A DNA stretch of 32,000 bases from an archaeon (GCA_035390665.1 DAOOUC010000002.1:30001-62000), one strand, 5' to 3'. Positions 1 to 9,002 are shown, counted from the stretch's first letter. The notes: generated by a model not told the origin, from the letters alone. A program made the numbers and translations.

Positions 1-2
1 CA

Positions 3-296
3 GCTCAAACGATTACTGATAGATTTAAAAAATTTCAAAATGTAAACAATTATAATAAAAATTTAAAAAAATATATTTATGATTTAAATCTTCATTATAA
101 AATCCACAACTACATCTATAATAAAACAAATTATGAATTCGACGAGCTTTTAAAAAAATTAAAAGAAGCAGGAATAGAAGAATTTCTAAATAGCTTTGGT
201 AATATTGATTATCCAAGTAAAATTATTCCAAATCTGATTTTTTATCCTAAATTTATAGTATTTTATAAAGAATTTATAAGGTTTGTAAAATCTTAG
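3..296 (+). CDS. 3' end of a truncated hypothetical protein (97 residues visible)
   Basis: Frame 3 is open from the window edge to TAG at 294-296 (AQTITDRFKKFQNVNNYNKNLKKYIYDLNLHYKIHNYIYN...EFIRFVKS*). Absent from the ORF track because its start lies outside the window. Confidence 0.6.
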   Translation, partial: AQTITDRFKKFQNVNNYNKNLKKYIYDLNLHYKIHNYIYNKTNYEFDELLKKLKEAGIEEFLNSFGNIDYPSKIIPNLIFYPKFIVFYKEFIRFVKS

Positions 297-367
297 TGCA
301 TAGCATACTCTTTTATTTGTTTTTATAACAAAATATAATATATTTATATTAAAATTGAGGTGGAAAA

Positions 368-2317
368 ATGAAAAAAGTAATAATATTAGGTATATTAGCG
401 ATTTTTTGTTTAAATATATTTGGAATAGTTAATTCTGAAGAATTAACTCAAGATACAACAGCTAGCGGAAATAATTCAACAGTTTGTACAATGGACGTAA
501 TGACTTGTCCTAGTGGTATGACAGTGCCAAGAGTGCCAGAATTAAACTGTGAATTTGCTCCTTGCCCTCAATATTCAGATAGTACAACAGGAATTGGGCA
601 AGTAAGTGATGTAGTAATAGTAAATCCTACAACAACGGTTGTGGAAACAACAACAGAGGATAAAAAAGAATGTCAAACACAAGTGCAAGCAATTAATGCA
701 CAAATTGTTGAAAAAGACAAAGCATATAAAGAAGAATTAAAATTATTATTGCCTGCTTATCAATCTGCAAAAGAAGAATATCTTAAAGCACTAACAGAAT
801 ATAAAAAGTGTATTTCAGAGAAAATTTCTACAAAAATGACAGATTCAATTAATTCAACAGTAAGTTCTCAAGCAGGTACATCAGGAATGACAGCAAATAT
901 TGCGGTAGCAAATATGACAGAAAGGTGGGTTAAACAAAATACAAGTATTTCTGAAACTCCGCAAGTTGCTAGTGCAATTATGCCAATTGAGAATATAAAT
1001 GTAAATGAATTAGATTTAGAAATTATAGAATTACCAGAAACAGATTCAATTAACTGTAAAGAACAAAGAATTTTGTTAAATGAAAAACAAGTAAAAATTA
1101 AAGCAGAAATATTAAAAATAAAAGAATTAAGAGAAAAATACAAAGCAGATGAAATTTCAGTAAAAGAATTACAAGCACAAAGACAAGAAATTATAAGAAG
1201 TTGTTATCCAGGTAATCCTGCTAGTGTAATAAAAGAAGAATGTATTGTTCCTAAGGAATTATTAGAACAAAGAAAAGAATTAGAGAAAAGACTAATGGAA
1301 TTACAAACAAATTTTACATCTGAAGATAATGCAAATAAAGAAGAGTTTATTTTAAAACACAGACAAGTAAAAGAAGAATATGGACAAGTTTCTGAAAAAA
1401 TAAATAGTATTGAAAAGGCATGTAAACAAACAGCAAGAGTAGTTACTCAAGTAGATAGATGTAAACCAGACGAAGGATTGTTACAAGAAATTGAAAAATA
1501 TAAAAAAAGCTTGTTAACAGAAACAGATCCTGATACATTATATAAATTAAGAATAGCATTAGATTATGCAATAAAAAAAATGAATGCTGGCTGTGGAATT
1601 AGCTCAGTAGAAGGAACAACAGAAGTTTCAACTAAACCTGTTTCAGAAACAGAAATATTAAAACAAGAGATACAAAGATTAAAATTAGAGATTCAAAAGA
1701 AAGATAATGAAATCAAATCTCTAAGAGAATCAATGAGAGAATTTACTGGAGAAATGAAATCTGCTAATGCTGAAAAAAAGAAAGAATTATTAGAGACCAA
1801 TTTTGATAAAGTTTTAGAGCATACAGCAGCAGTAATTAAATCCAGAATTACAAAATTAGAAGAAAAAATAACTGATATAGAAACAACAGAAACTATTTCA
1901 GAAGAAAATAAAAAGAAAATAATTTCAGATTTAAATAACAGAATTGCATCTTTGACACAAGTATTAGATAAATTAAATACTGCAACCACAGCTGAAGAAT
2001 TAAAACAAATTATGACAGATGCAAGAGAAATTGATGAGAAAGCAATAATTGATGGAAGAGTAATCTCATTATCTAAAAGTATTTCAAAATTAAGTGAAAT
2101 CTTAGAAAAACACTATGTTGATTCAAAAAATTATGAAACCTATAAATCAAGTATTTTAGAATTATCAACAAAAGTTTCAGCATTAACTGAAAATGCAACA
2201 AAAGAAGAATTTGATGTTCTAGTTGAAGATTACAAATCATTAAAAAAAGAAATAATAACAGAAAGTAGGAACATCCAACCAAAAGAGAAGAATACAAAAA
2301 CAGAGGTGAATAACTAA
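368..2317 (+). CDS. Secreted or membrane-anchored long coiled-coil protein with N-terminal Cys-rich motif
   Basis: SD-like gaggtgg before ATG; N-terminal signal/TM (MKKVIILGILAIFCLNIFGIVNS); CTMDVMTCPSGMTVPRVPELNCEFAPCP motif; long E/K-rich heptad-like regions. Confidence 0.85.
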   Translation: MKKVIILGILAIFCLNIFGIVNSEELTQDTTASGNNSTVCTMDVMTCPSGMTVPRVPELNCEFAPCPQYSDSTTGIGQVSDVVIVNPTTTVVETTTEDKKECQTQVQAINAQIVEKDKAYKEELKLLLPAYQSAKEEYLKALTEYKKCISEKISTKMTDSINSTVSSQAGTSGMTANIAVANMTERWVKQNTSISETPQVASAIMPIENINVNELDLEIIELPETDSINCKEQRILLNEKQVKIKAEILKIKELREKYKADEISVKELQAQRQEIIRSCYPGNPASVIKEECIVPKELLEQRKELEKRLMELQTNFTSEDNANKEEFILKHRQVKEEYGQVSEKINSIEKACKQTARVVTQVDRCKPDEGLLQEIEKYKKSLLTETDPDTLYKLRIALDYAIKKMNAGCGISSVEGTTEVSTKPVSETEILKQEIQRLKLEIQKKDNEIKSLRESMREFTGEMKSANAEKKKELLETNFDKVLEHTAAVIKSRITKLEEKITDIETTETISEENKKKIISDLNNRIASLTQVLDKLNTATTAEELKQIMTDAREIDEKAIIDGRVISLSKSISKLSEILEKHYVDSKNYETYKSSILELSTKVSALTENATKEEFDVLVEDYKSLKKEIITESRNIQPKEKNTKTEVNN

Positions 2318-2530
2318 ATGGATAAAAAAACATTAATAATTGGCGGAATTATAATTTTAGCTTTGGTTATTGTAGGAATATTTGTATTTACAGGAAGTAA
2401 ATCTACTGAAGAAAATACAGATGACACCACTGCAATAAATCCAGAACTTCAAACAGATTTGGATTCATTAAATGAAGATGATTTAATTCTTGATTCTAAT
2501 GAAACCTCAGAAATAATAGAAGTAAACTAA
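2318..2530 (+). CDS. Small single-TM protein with acidic tail, same operon as upstream gene
   Basis: ATG directly abuts the upstream TAA; SD-like gaggtga inside the upstream gene; N-terminal TM (LIIGGIIILALVIVGIFVF) then acidic tail. Confidence 0.7.
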   Translation: MDKKTLIIGGIIILALVIVGIFVFTGSKSTEENTDDTTAINPELQTDLDSLNEDDLILDSNETSEIIEVN

Positions 2531-2621
2531 CTTTACTTTCTATTTTCTTTATTTTTTAAAATTTAATTCTATTTATAAAAATAACTGTTCTATAAATATA
2601 TATCCTTTAAGCAAACTTTTT

Positions 2622-2694
2622 AGTCCGTTAGTGTAGTGGCCAAGCATGCAAGGCTTTGAACCTTGCGACAAGAGTTCGAATCTCTTACGGACTA
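2622..2694 (+). tRNA. tRNA-Gln (UUG anticodon)
   Basis: Acceptor AGTCCGT/ACGGACT, anticodon arm caagg-ctTTGaa-ccttg, T arm aagag-ttcgaat-ctctt. Confidence 0.93.
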
Positions 2695-2733
2695 TCTCTT
2701 TAAATAGTTTTCTTAAAAAAAGATATATATAAT

Positions 2734-2808
2734 GGGAGTGTAGCTTAGCCTGGTTGGAGCACCCGACTGATAATCGGGAGGCCGCAGGTTCGAATCCTGC
2801 CTCTCCCA
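2734..2808 (+). tRNA. tRNA-Ile (GAU anticodon)
   Basis: Acceptor GGGAGTG/CTCTCCC (U6:U67 mismatch), anticodon arm cccga-ctGATaa-tcggg, T arm gcagg-ttcgaat-cctgc. Confidence 0.93.
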
Positions 2809-2853
2809 TTTGTTTTTAAATTCTTTTTTCTATAATATTTGTGTGATTTAATT

Positions 2854-3723
2854 ATGTCTCAAGCAATAGAAGATTATCTTAATAAAGGCTATTATCTTAA
2901 AGGCAAAGAAAATAAAGAAATTGCTGTGTTAATGATACATGGTTTTGCGGCTTCTCCAGTAGAACTTCAACCCCTTGCTGAATATTTAAAAACTGATTTT
3001 GATATTTATGCACCAATTCTTCCAGGACACAAAACAAATATAGAAGATTTTGACAAACAAAAATATACGGATTGGTTAAAATTTTCAGAAAAAATATATA
3101 CTAGACTTTTAGAAGAATACTCAAAGGTTGTTCTTTTAGGTTTTTCAATGGGCGGAACAATTTGTTTATATCTTTCAACAAAGAAGGCACCTTATAAATT
3201 GATTACTTTGTCTTCTCCTATTAATTTCTTAGATGCTGATTTTGCAAAGATAATTTTAGCAGATTGGAAAAAAACCAACCTTAGTTTGTCTATGATACTT
3301 AATGAAATTAAAGAAATCTCCAAGAAAGAACCACATGCAGATAAAGCAACCCCTGCAAAGATGAAATTAGTAATAAATAATATTTATAAGAAAGTAATTA
3401 AAGACTTTAATATAGAAAATGAGGACATGAAAGGTTTTGTAGACACATATAATCAAATTTCATATAATGCTATACAAGAAATATTTAAACTTGTAAAATA
3501 TGTTAAAACACAAGCATCTAAAGTAAATTCAGATATTTTAATAATTCATAGTAAAAAAGACTATCTGATACCTATTAGTAATTCTAAAGAAATATTAAAT
3601 TCTGTTTCTTCAAATAACATAGAATTATTTATACTTGAAGAATCAGGACATCAAATAATGATAGATAAGGAACATGATATAGTTTTTAGAAAAGTAAAAG
3701 AATATATAAATAGAAAAATATAA
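2854..3723 (+). CDS. Alpha/beta hydrolase (carboxylesterase / monoacylglycerol lipase-like)
   Basis: HGFAAS, nucleophile elbow GFSMGG, late Asp (HSKKD) and His (SGHQ). ATG at 2854 preferred over the track's GTG at 2839. Confidence 0.85.
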   Translation: MSQAIEDYLNKGYYLKGKENKEIAVLMIHGFAASPVELQPLAEYLKTDFDIYAPILPGHKTNIEDFDKQKYTDWLKFSEKIYTRLLEEYSKVVLLGFSMGGTICLYLSTKKAPYKLITLSSPINFLDADFAKIILADWKKTNLSLSMILNEIKEISKKEPHADKATPAKMKLVINNIYKKVIKDFNIENEDMKGFVDTYNQISYNAIQEIFKLVKYVKTQASKVNSDILIIHSKKDYLIPISNSKEILNSVSSNNIELFILEESGHQIMIDKEHDIVFRKVKEYINRKI

Positions 3724-3724
3724 T

Positions 3725-4204
3725 TTATTTTATTTTTTCATTAACAAAAGAAAGATTCGGTAAAATTTTTGTTTCTTCTTTTATATATTTTGCAGTTCCA
3801 ATTATTTGATTGTTATATATACAAACAACATAACCAGAAGACAAAAGATTTTTTGTTTTAATATCATTTGTATTTATTTCTTTACCCTTAAAATAATTAT
3901 TCGCCTGAGTTCTATCTAAATTAACGAAATTATTTAGAATTTGTGAATTTTTAAATATTCCAAAACCAAGAGAGGAGGGTACATAATCTTTATAGTTTGA
4001 GAATATTTCTATGCCTATATTTTTAACAAAATTACTATTAATCATTTTTTGAATTATTTCTTTTTTGTCGCTAATAACTACTGACACAGAGTTTCCTTTT
4101 ATTATATACATGTAATTCTCAAGAAAAGATTTATCAATTCCAAATCTAGAATTTAAATAATTAATTATTTTTGTTTTTGTTTTAAGGTCTAATAGTTTAG
4201 TCAT
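3725..4204 (-). CDS. PUA-like domain protein related to the C-terminal RNA-binding part of NOL1/NOP2/fmu proteins
   Basis: Pattern ...FKGKEINT...SGYVVCIYNNQIIGTAKYIKEETKILPNLSF...; adjacent and co-directional with an m5C methyltransferase. Confidence 0.6.
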   Translation of the reverse strand: MTKLLDLKTKTKIINYLNSRFGIDKSFLENYMYIIKGNSVSVVISDKKEIIQKMINSNFVKNIGIEIFSNYKDYVPSSLGFGIFKNSQILNNFVNLDRTQANNYFKGKEINTNDIKTKNLLSSGYVVCIYNNQIIGTAKYIKEETKILPNLSFVNEKIK

Positions 4205-4206
4205 AA

Positions 4207-5274
4207 TTATTCTTCTTTTTTAATTTTACAAATAAAAAATCCTTCTATGTTATTTTTATGTGGCCAGATTCTTATTGCTTTCTTAATCTCTGGATTATAT
4301 TTTAGACCATTATATTCTGTTAATCCTTTATCACAAATTAATCCAGGAATGTTGATTTCTTCTACAGTGCATTTGTATTTTTTTAAAAGAAAATCAATTA
4401 CTTCTTCGTTTTCTTCAGGAGATAAAGTACATGTAGAATAGACAAGTATTCCATTTTTTTTAAGTAGTCTAATAGCATTAATTATTAGTTTTTTTTGTAA
4501 ATCCGATTTAGATTGAACGTGTGAATTTGACCATTCTTTTAAAGCATCTGGTTTTTTTCTAATCATTCCTTCGCAAGAACAAGGCGCATCTAAAAGTATT
4601 TTATCAAAAAGGAAATTTGAATTAAAAGTAATTCCGTTTTGGTTTGTGACAATGGTGTTTGTTACCCCTTGTTTTTTTAAAGTAAATAAAAGGGTCTTTA
4701 ATCTTGTTTTGTCTACATCGTTAGCAACAATTAAACCTCTATTATTCATAATTTGTGCTAATATTGCAGTTTTATTTCCAGGAGCAGCAGTAAGATCTAA
4801 GACAATATCGGTTTCATTAGGGTTAAGAACAAAAGCAGGAAGCATTGATGAAACTTCTTGCATTTGGAATAAACCAACGTTTTGTTCAATTGTGTTACCA
4901 AGGCCACTTACTTCTGATTTAATAAAATAAGCATTATCTATATATTTTACTTTTTCAAAATCAATTTCTTGATTTTTAAGAAAAGAAATGTCTTTTGTTT
5001 TTAAAGTGTTGATTATTAATGATTTTGTAAGTCTTGTCTTACAGCTTTCAAAAAAATCTGCAGATTCTTTATCAAGTAATTTTTCGTATTTTTTTTTAAA
5101 ATCTTCAGGTAAATATACACTTGTCATAGAAAAATATTTATTAAAAGTATTTAAAAATAGAGCCATAAAGATAAGATATATAAACCTAATGGCACCATAA
5201 ATTTTTAATATAAGACTTTTTTTATATGAATTTTTAAGAAGGTATTTAGATATGGCAACAAAAAAAGAAGACAT
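4207..5274 (-). CDS. NOL1/NOP2/Sun (RsmB/RsmF-like) RNA cytosine-C5 methyltransferase
   Basis: VLDLTAAPGNKT, LLDAPCSCEGMIRK, LVYSTCTLSPEENEEVIDFLL motifs. Exact start uncertain; an internal start would avoid overlap with the ORF at 5252. Confidence 0.9.
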   Translation of the reverse strand: MSSFFVAISKYLLKNSYKKSLILKIYGAIRFIYLIFMALFLNTFNKYFSMTSVYLPEDFKKKYEKLLDKESADFFESCKTRLTKSLIINTLKTKDISFLKNQEIDFEKVKYIDNAYFIKSEVSGLGNTIEQNVGLFQMQEVSSMLPAFVLNPNETDIVLDLTAAPGNKTAILAQIMNNRGLIVANDVDKTRLKTLLFTLKKQGVTNTIVTNQNGITFNSNFLFDKILLDAPCSCEGMIRKKPDALKEWSNSHVQSKSDLQKKLIINAIRLLKKNGILVYSTCTLSPEENEEVIDFLLKKYKCTVEEINIPGLICDKGLTEYNGLKYNPEIKKAIRIWPHKNNIEGFFICKIKKEE

Positions 5275-5428
5275 AGAATCAGATTATGATCTTAATGAAT
5301 TTGATTATGATGGAGACGAAGTCTTAAATGAAGAAAAAGAAGACATAGAAATGGAATATACTCCAGAAGATTTCGATACAGAAGATGAAGAAGAATTTGA
5401 TAGTGATCACGATTTTAGTGAAGACTAA
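5252..5428 (+). CDS. Acidic small protein, 58 aa
   Basis: Manual translation MATKKEDIESDYDLNEFDYDGDEVLNEEKEDIEMEYTPEDFDTEDEEEFDSDHDFSED*; aaggt just upstream. Below track cutoff. Confidence 0.55.
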   Translation: MATKKEDIESDYDLNEFDYDGDEVLNEEKEDIEMEYTPEDFDTEDEEEFDSDHDFSED

Positions 5429-5466
5429 ATAGGCATTTTTTAAAAACAAAAAAGGTGAAATAAAAG

Positions 5467-5628
5467 ATGTATGTAATAAACAACGATTGCGCAGGACAAA
5501 TTTATAGATGCGAAAGCGACGAAGAAGAAGACTTTGAAGACTTTGATGAAGAAGATGATGACTTTGACGAAGATAGTGAAGAGTCAGACGAAGACTTTGA
5601 AGATTTTGATGAAGAAGACGAAGAATAG
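5467..5628 (+). CDS. Hyper-acidic small protein with two cysteines, 53 aa
   Basis: Manual translation MYVINNDCAGQIYRCESDEEEDFEDFDEEDDDFDEDSEESDEDFEDFDEEDEE*; SD-like aggtgaa upstream. Below track cutoff. Confidence 0.6.
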   Translation: MYVINNDCAGQIYRCESDEEEDFEDFDEEDDDFDEDSEESDEDFEDFDEEDEE

Positions 5629-5668
5629 TTTCTTCTTTTTCTTTCTATTTTTAAACTGATAAAAAAAA

Positions 5669-6229
5669 ATGTTGCAATTATTTTCTATAATTTCAGCAGT
5701 TTTATTTTTTTTCTCATATTTTTTTTATATTCGTTCTATATTTTCGAAAGAAACAAAACCACAGAAAGTGAGTTGGCTAATCTGGGCTATAACAGATATT
5801 TTGATATTAATTACTTTATTTTTACAAAAAGTATCTAATTTTCATATTTCTCTTGCAGCAACTATTGGTTCTGTTTTTATTGCGTTCTTAGCATTTAGAT
5901 ATGGAACAAAAGGCTGGACAAAAATAGATATTATTTGTTTAGTTTTGTCTGTTTTAGGAATGATTCTGTGGTTATTCTTTAATAATCCGTTAATAGCTTT
6001 AATTATTCTTTCTTTAACACAAATAATTGCCTCAATTCCAACAATTGTACATTTATGGCACAAACCAAAAGATGAGAATTTGCTTTCTTGGGGTTTGTTT
6101 TTTGTGTCTGCGGTTTTTGGAATACTTGCAATCCCTGTTTTTAAACCAGAAAATTATGTATTTCAATTAGCTTTATTACTTGTTTCTTTTAACTTTTGGA
6201 TAATATTTTTTAGAAGAAAAAACCATTAA
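5669..6229 (+). CDS. Multi-pass membrane protein, possibly PQ-loop/SWEET-like
   Basis: About six hydrophobic segments; internally similar KPQKVSWLIWAI... and KDENLLSWGLFFVS.... Family assignment tentative. Confidence 0.65.
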   Translation: MLQLFSIISAVLFFFSYFFYIRSIFSKETKPQKVSWLIWAITDILILITLFLQKVSNFHISLAATIGSVFIAFLAFRYGTKGWTKIDIICLVLSVLGMILWLFFNNPLIALIILSLTQIIASIPTIVHLWHKPKDENLLSWGLFFVSAVFGILAIPVFKPENYVFQLALLLVSFNFWIIFFRRKNH

Positions 6230-6311
6230 AAAATACATATTTAAAGGCTTCTATACTTAAATATAATATAGATTAATACTATTTTTACAACTAAAAAAAG
6301 AGGAGAAAAAA

Positions 6312-6719
6312 ATGAGTGCAGACGATATAAAAAATCAAGAAGTAGAGAATGTTGAAGAAGAAATTCTAGATGCTGTTGAGGATGAAGGAATAGAACTTGA
6401 TGATAGTAAATTACCATTTCCAAATGCAACAGTTGTTAGATTAATGAGAAAGAACCTAGATAAGCACAAACAAATCAAAGGAATTGTTAAGAAAGAAATG
6501 AATCTTTTTTTAGGCAGATTAGTTGAAATAATTTGTAAGAAAATGAACGGTTATGAATATAGCTATGTAGATTATGGAATGTTTAAACAAGCAGTTGAAA
6601 CTTTTGAAAATATTCAAACAATTGAATTAGAAAAAATAAGAATTATTAAAAATTTAGAAAAGATAAAAGCAGAATGTGATATTTTAATTGACGATGTTGA
6701 AAGAAAATTTCACAAATAG
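6312..6719 (+). CDS. Divergent histone-fold-like protein with N- and C-terminal extensions
   Basis: Core LPFPNATVVRLMRKNLDKHKQIKGIVKKEMNLFLGRLVEIICKKMNGYEYSYVDYGMFKQAVETFENI follows archaeal histone layout. Confidence 0.55.
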   Translation: MSADDIKNQEVENVEEEILDAVEDEGIELDDSKLPFPNATVVRLMRKNLDKHKQIKGIVKKEMNLFLGRLVEIICKKMNGYEYSYVDYGMFKQAVETFENIQTIELEKIRIIKNLEKIKAECDILIDDVERKFHK

Positions 6720-6731
6720 AGGTGAATAAGA

Positions 6732-8360
6732 ATGAGTAATAATCAAAGTCAAAATACTGTATTTTTACCAGAAGGTTCAAAAAGAGAGAGAGGAAAGGAC
6801 GCTCAAAGAATGAACATAATGGTAGCAAAAGCAGTAAGTAATGCAGTCAAATCAACACTTGGCCCAAGAGGAATGGACAAGATGCTTGTTGATGAGATGG
6901 GAACAGTAACAATAAGTAACGACGGTGCAACAATATTAAAAGAAATGGCAATTGAACACCCAATTGGTAAGATGCTTGTTGAACTTGCAAAAAACCAAGA
7001 TGACGAAGTAGGAGATGGAACAACAAGCGCTGTTGTTATTGCTGGCGGTCTTGTCTCAAAGGCTGAAAATCTTTTAGATGAGAACATACATCCTTCAATA
7101 ATTATTAAAGGATATAAAATGGCTTCAGAAAAAGCAGTAGAATATTTTAATGAAATTTCTGAAAAAGTAACAATTGAAGATAAGCAATTACTTTTAGATA
7201 TTGCGAAAACATCAATGACAGGAAAAGCAGCAGAAAATAGTTCTATTCTTTCAGGGATTGTGGTTGATGGAATACTAAAGATTTCAAAATCAAATAAAGA
7301 AATTGAAAGAGAACAAATAAAGATTGAACAAAAGATAGGTGGTAATCTTTCAGAAACAAAATTAATTGATGGAATTGTTCTTGATAAAGAGATTGTTCAT
7401 TCAGAGATGCCAAAAAACATTAAGAATGCAAAAATACTTCTTGTTAGTTCAGCCTTAGAAGTTAAAGAACCAGAGACAGAAGCAAAGATTCAAATAACTT
7501 CTCCTGATCAACTTCAAGCATTTATTGACCAAGAAGAGCAAACATTAAAGACAATGGTTGACAGAATTCAAGCAACTGGAGCAACTCTTGTTCTTTGTCA
7601 AAAAGGTATAGATGATCTTGCTCAGCATTATTTAGCAAAAGCAGGAATAACTGCAATAAGAAGAGTAAGACAGACAGACATTGAAAGACTTGCAAAAGCT
7701 ACTGGTGCAAAGATTGTAAACAGATTAAAGAATGTTACAACTAAAGACTTAGGAACAGCAGAACTTGTATATTCTAAAAAGATAGCAGGAGACGACATGT
7801 TGTTTATTGAAGGCTGTCCAAATCCAGGATATGTAACAATACTTCTTAGAGGAACTTCTGAGCAAGTTTTAGCTGAAACAGACAGAACTTTAACTGATGC
7901 AATTGGTGCAGTAATTTCTACCATAAAATCAGGAAAGTTTGTTGCCGCTGGCGGTTCTTCAGAAATTGAAGTTGCTTTAAGACTTAAAAACTTTGCAAAA
8001 GGCGTAGGTGGAAGAGAACAGCTTGCAATTGAAGCATTTGCTGAAGTCTTAGAAATCATACCAAAGACTCTTGCAGAAAGTGCAGGTCTAGATGCAATCG
8101 ACACAATTGTATCTTTGCGAAGCAAACATCAAGATCCTGTCAATAAAGGATTTGGAGTAGATGTGGTTAACGGAACAATAGCAGATATGAAGAAAAAGAA
8201 AATAATTGAACCAATATCTGTTAAGACACAAGCAGTAACATCATCAACTGAAGTTGCAGAAATGATTCTAAGAATAGATGACATTATTGCAGGGCAAGCA
8301 AATAAGCCAAAAGGAATGCCAATGGGAATGCCAGGTGGCATGGATATGGGAGATATGTAA
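6732..8360 (+). CDS. thsA: Thermosome subunit (group II chaperonin)
   Basis: STLGPRGMDKMLVDEMG, NDGATILKEM, GDGTTSAVVIAG, C-terminal GMPMGMPGGMDMGDM tail. Confidence 0.97.
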   Translation: MSNNQSQNTVFLPEGSKRERGKDAQRMNIMVAKAVSNAVKSTLGPRGMDKMLVDEMGTVTISNDGATILKEMAIEHPIGKMLVELAKNQDDEVGDGTTSAVVIAGGLVSKAENLLDENIHPSIIIKGYKMASEKAVEYFNEISEKVTIEDKQLLLDIAKTSMTGKAAENSSILSGIVVDGILKISKSNKEIEREQIKIEQKIGGNLSETKLIDGIVLDKEIVHSEMPKNIKNAKILLVSSALEVKEPETEAKIQITSPDQLQAFIDQEEQTLKTMVDRIQATGATLVLCQKGIDDLAQHYLAKAGITAIRRVRQTDIERLAKATGAKIVNRLKNVTTKDLGTAELVYSKKIAGDDMLFIEGCPNPGYVTILLRGTSEQVLAETDRTLTDAIGAVISTIKSGKFVAAGGSSEIEVALRLKNFAKGVGGREQLAIEAFAEVLEIIPKTLAESAGLDAIDTIVSLRSKHQDPVNKGFGVDVVNGTIADMKKKKIIEPISVKTQAVTSSTEVAEMILRIDDIIAGQANKPKGMPMGMPGGMDMGDM

Positions 8361-8459
8361 ATATCTTTCTTCTTTTTTCTTTTTTTAATAAAATCGCAAG
8401 GTTTTTAAATAACTTCTTAACCTAAATATATAATAAAAACCTAGCAAAAGTGTAAATGA

Positions 8460-8804
8460 ATGATAGAAAAAATATCAAACATAAAAAATTTTCAAAAAAA
8501 AATTGACTTGATAGCTAAGGTTATTGATAAAACCAACATTAGAGAAGTAATCTCTAAACTTGATGAAACAAGACACAAGGTTTGTGAAATCCTAATTGGT
8601 GATGAGACAGGAACAATCTACTTAACACTTTGGGATGAAGCAATCAATAGAGTTGAAATGGGCAAAACCTATTTGTTCAAAAATCTATTTTCTTCAGAGT
8701 TCCAAAAATCCTTAAGATTAAATATCGGAAGATTTGGAGAATTTGAAGAAGTGTCTAAATCCATTGAAGTGGAATTGAATAATTTTAGATCATCAGGACA
8801 ATAA
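8460..8804 (+). CDS. OB-fold single-stranded nucleic-acid-binding protein (RPA/SSB-like)
   Basis: VCEILIGDETGTIYLTLWDEAINRVEMGKTYLFKN... typical archaeal RPA-like OB-fold pattern. Confidence 0.8.
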   Translation: MIEKISNIKNFQKKIDLIAKVIDKTNIREVISKLDETRHKVCEILIGDETGTIYLTLWDEAINRVEMGKTYLFKNLFSSEFQKSLRLNIGRFGEFEEVSKSIEVELNNFRSSGQ

Positions 8805-8874
8805 TTATATAACCTTTAAATATATTTCTGAAGTTATATTATTTATTAGACCAAAACAATTTCGTTTTAAAAAA

Positions 8875-8950
8875 GGGAGTATAGCTCAGCCTGGTCTAGA
8901 GCAGTGGTCTTATACACCAAAGGTCGCAGGTTCGAATCCTGCTTCTCCCA
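8875..8950 (+). tRNA. tRNA-Ile (UAU anticodon, reads AUA)
   Basis: Acceptor GGGAGTA/TTCTCCC (U6:U67), D arm gctc/gagc, anticodon arm gtggt-ctTATac-accaa (27:43 mismatch), T arm gcagg-ttcgaat-cctgc, A73; resembles tRNA-Ile(GAU) at 2734. Anticodon 8911-8913. Confidence 0.85.
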
Positions 8951-9002
8951 CCTTTGACAGATTTTAAATCTCTTTAAAAATATATTTGTGTTATTTAGAT
9001 AT

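Noticed and set aside
25-216. Minus-strand ORF in the track
   Set aside because: Low-complexity I/L/Y/F translation antisense to the truncated plus-strand CDS at 3-296.
868-1143. Minus-strand ORFs inside the coiled-coil gene (868-1143, 1693-1989, 2073-2333)
   Set aside because: Antisense to a long convincing CDS; S/F-rich shadow translations typical of AT-rich coding DNA.
2573-2809. Minus-strand ORF containing MGEAGFEPAASRLSVGC and KRFELLSQG
   Set aside because: This is the well-known spurious translation of the complement of tRNA genes, here antisense to tRNA-Gln and tRNA-Ile.
4247-5200. Plus-strand ORFs over the methyltransferase gene
   Set aside because: Antisense to a gene with clear SAM and PC/TC motifs; no independent signals.
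6803-8341. Minus-strand ORFs under the thermosome (6803-7087, 7628-8125, 8129-8341)
   Set aside because: Shadow ORFs of a strongly conserved chaperonin gene.
8875-8950. Reading this tRNA as tRNA-Val(UAC)
   Set aside because: TAC would put A at position 33 and break the anticodon stem; a normal tRNA-Val(UAC) is present at 26288.
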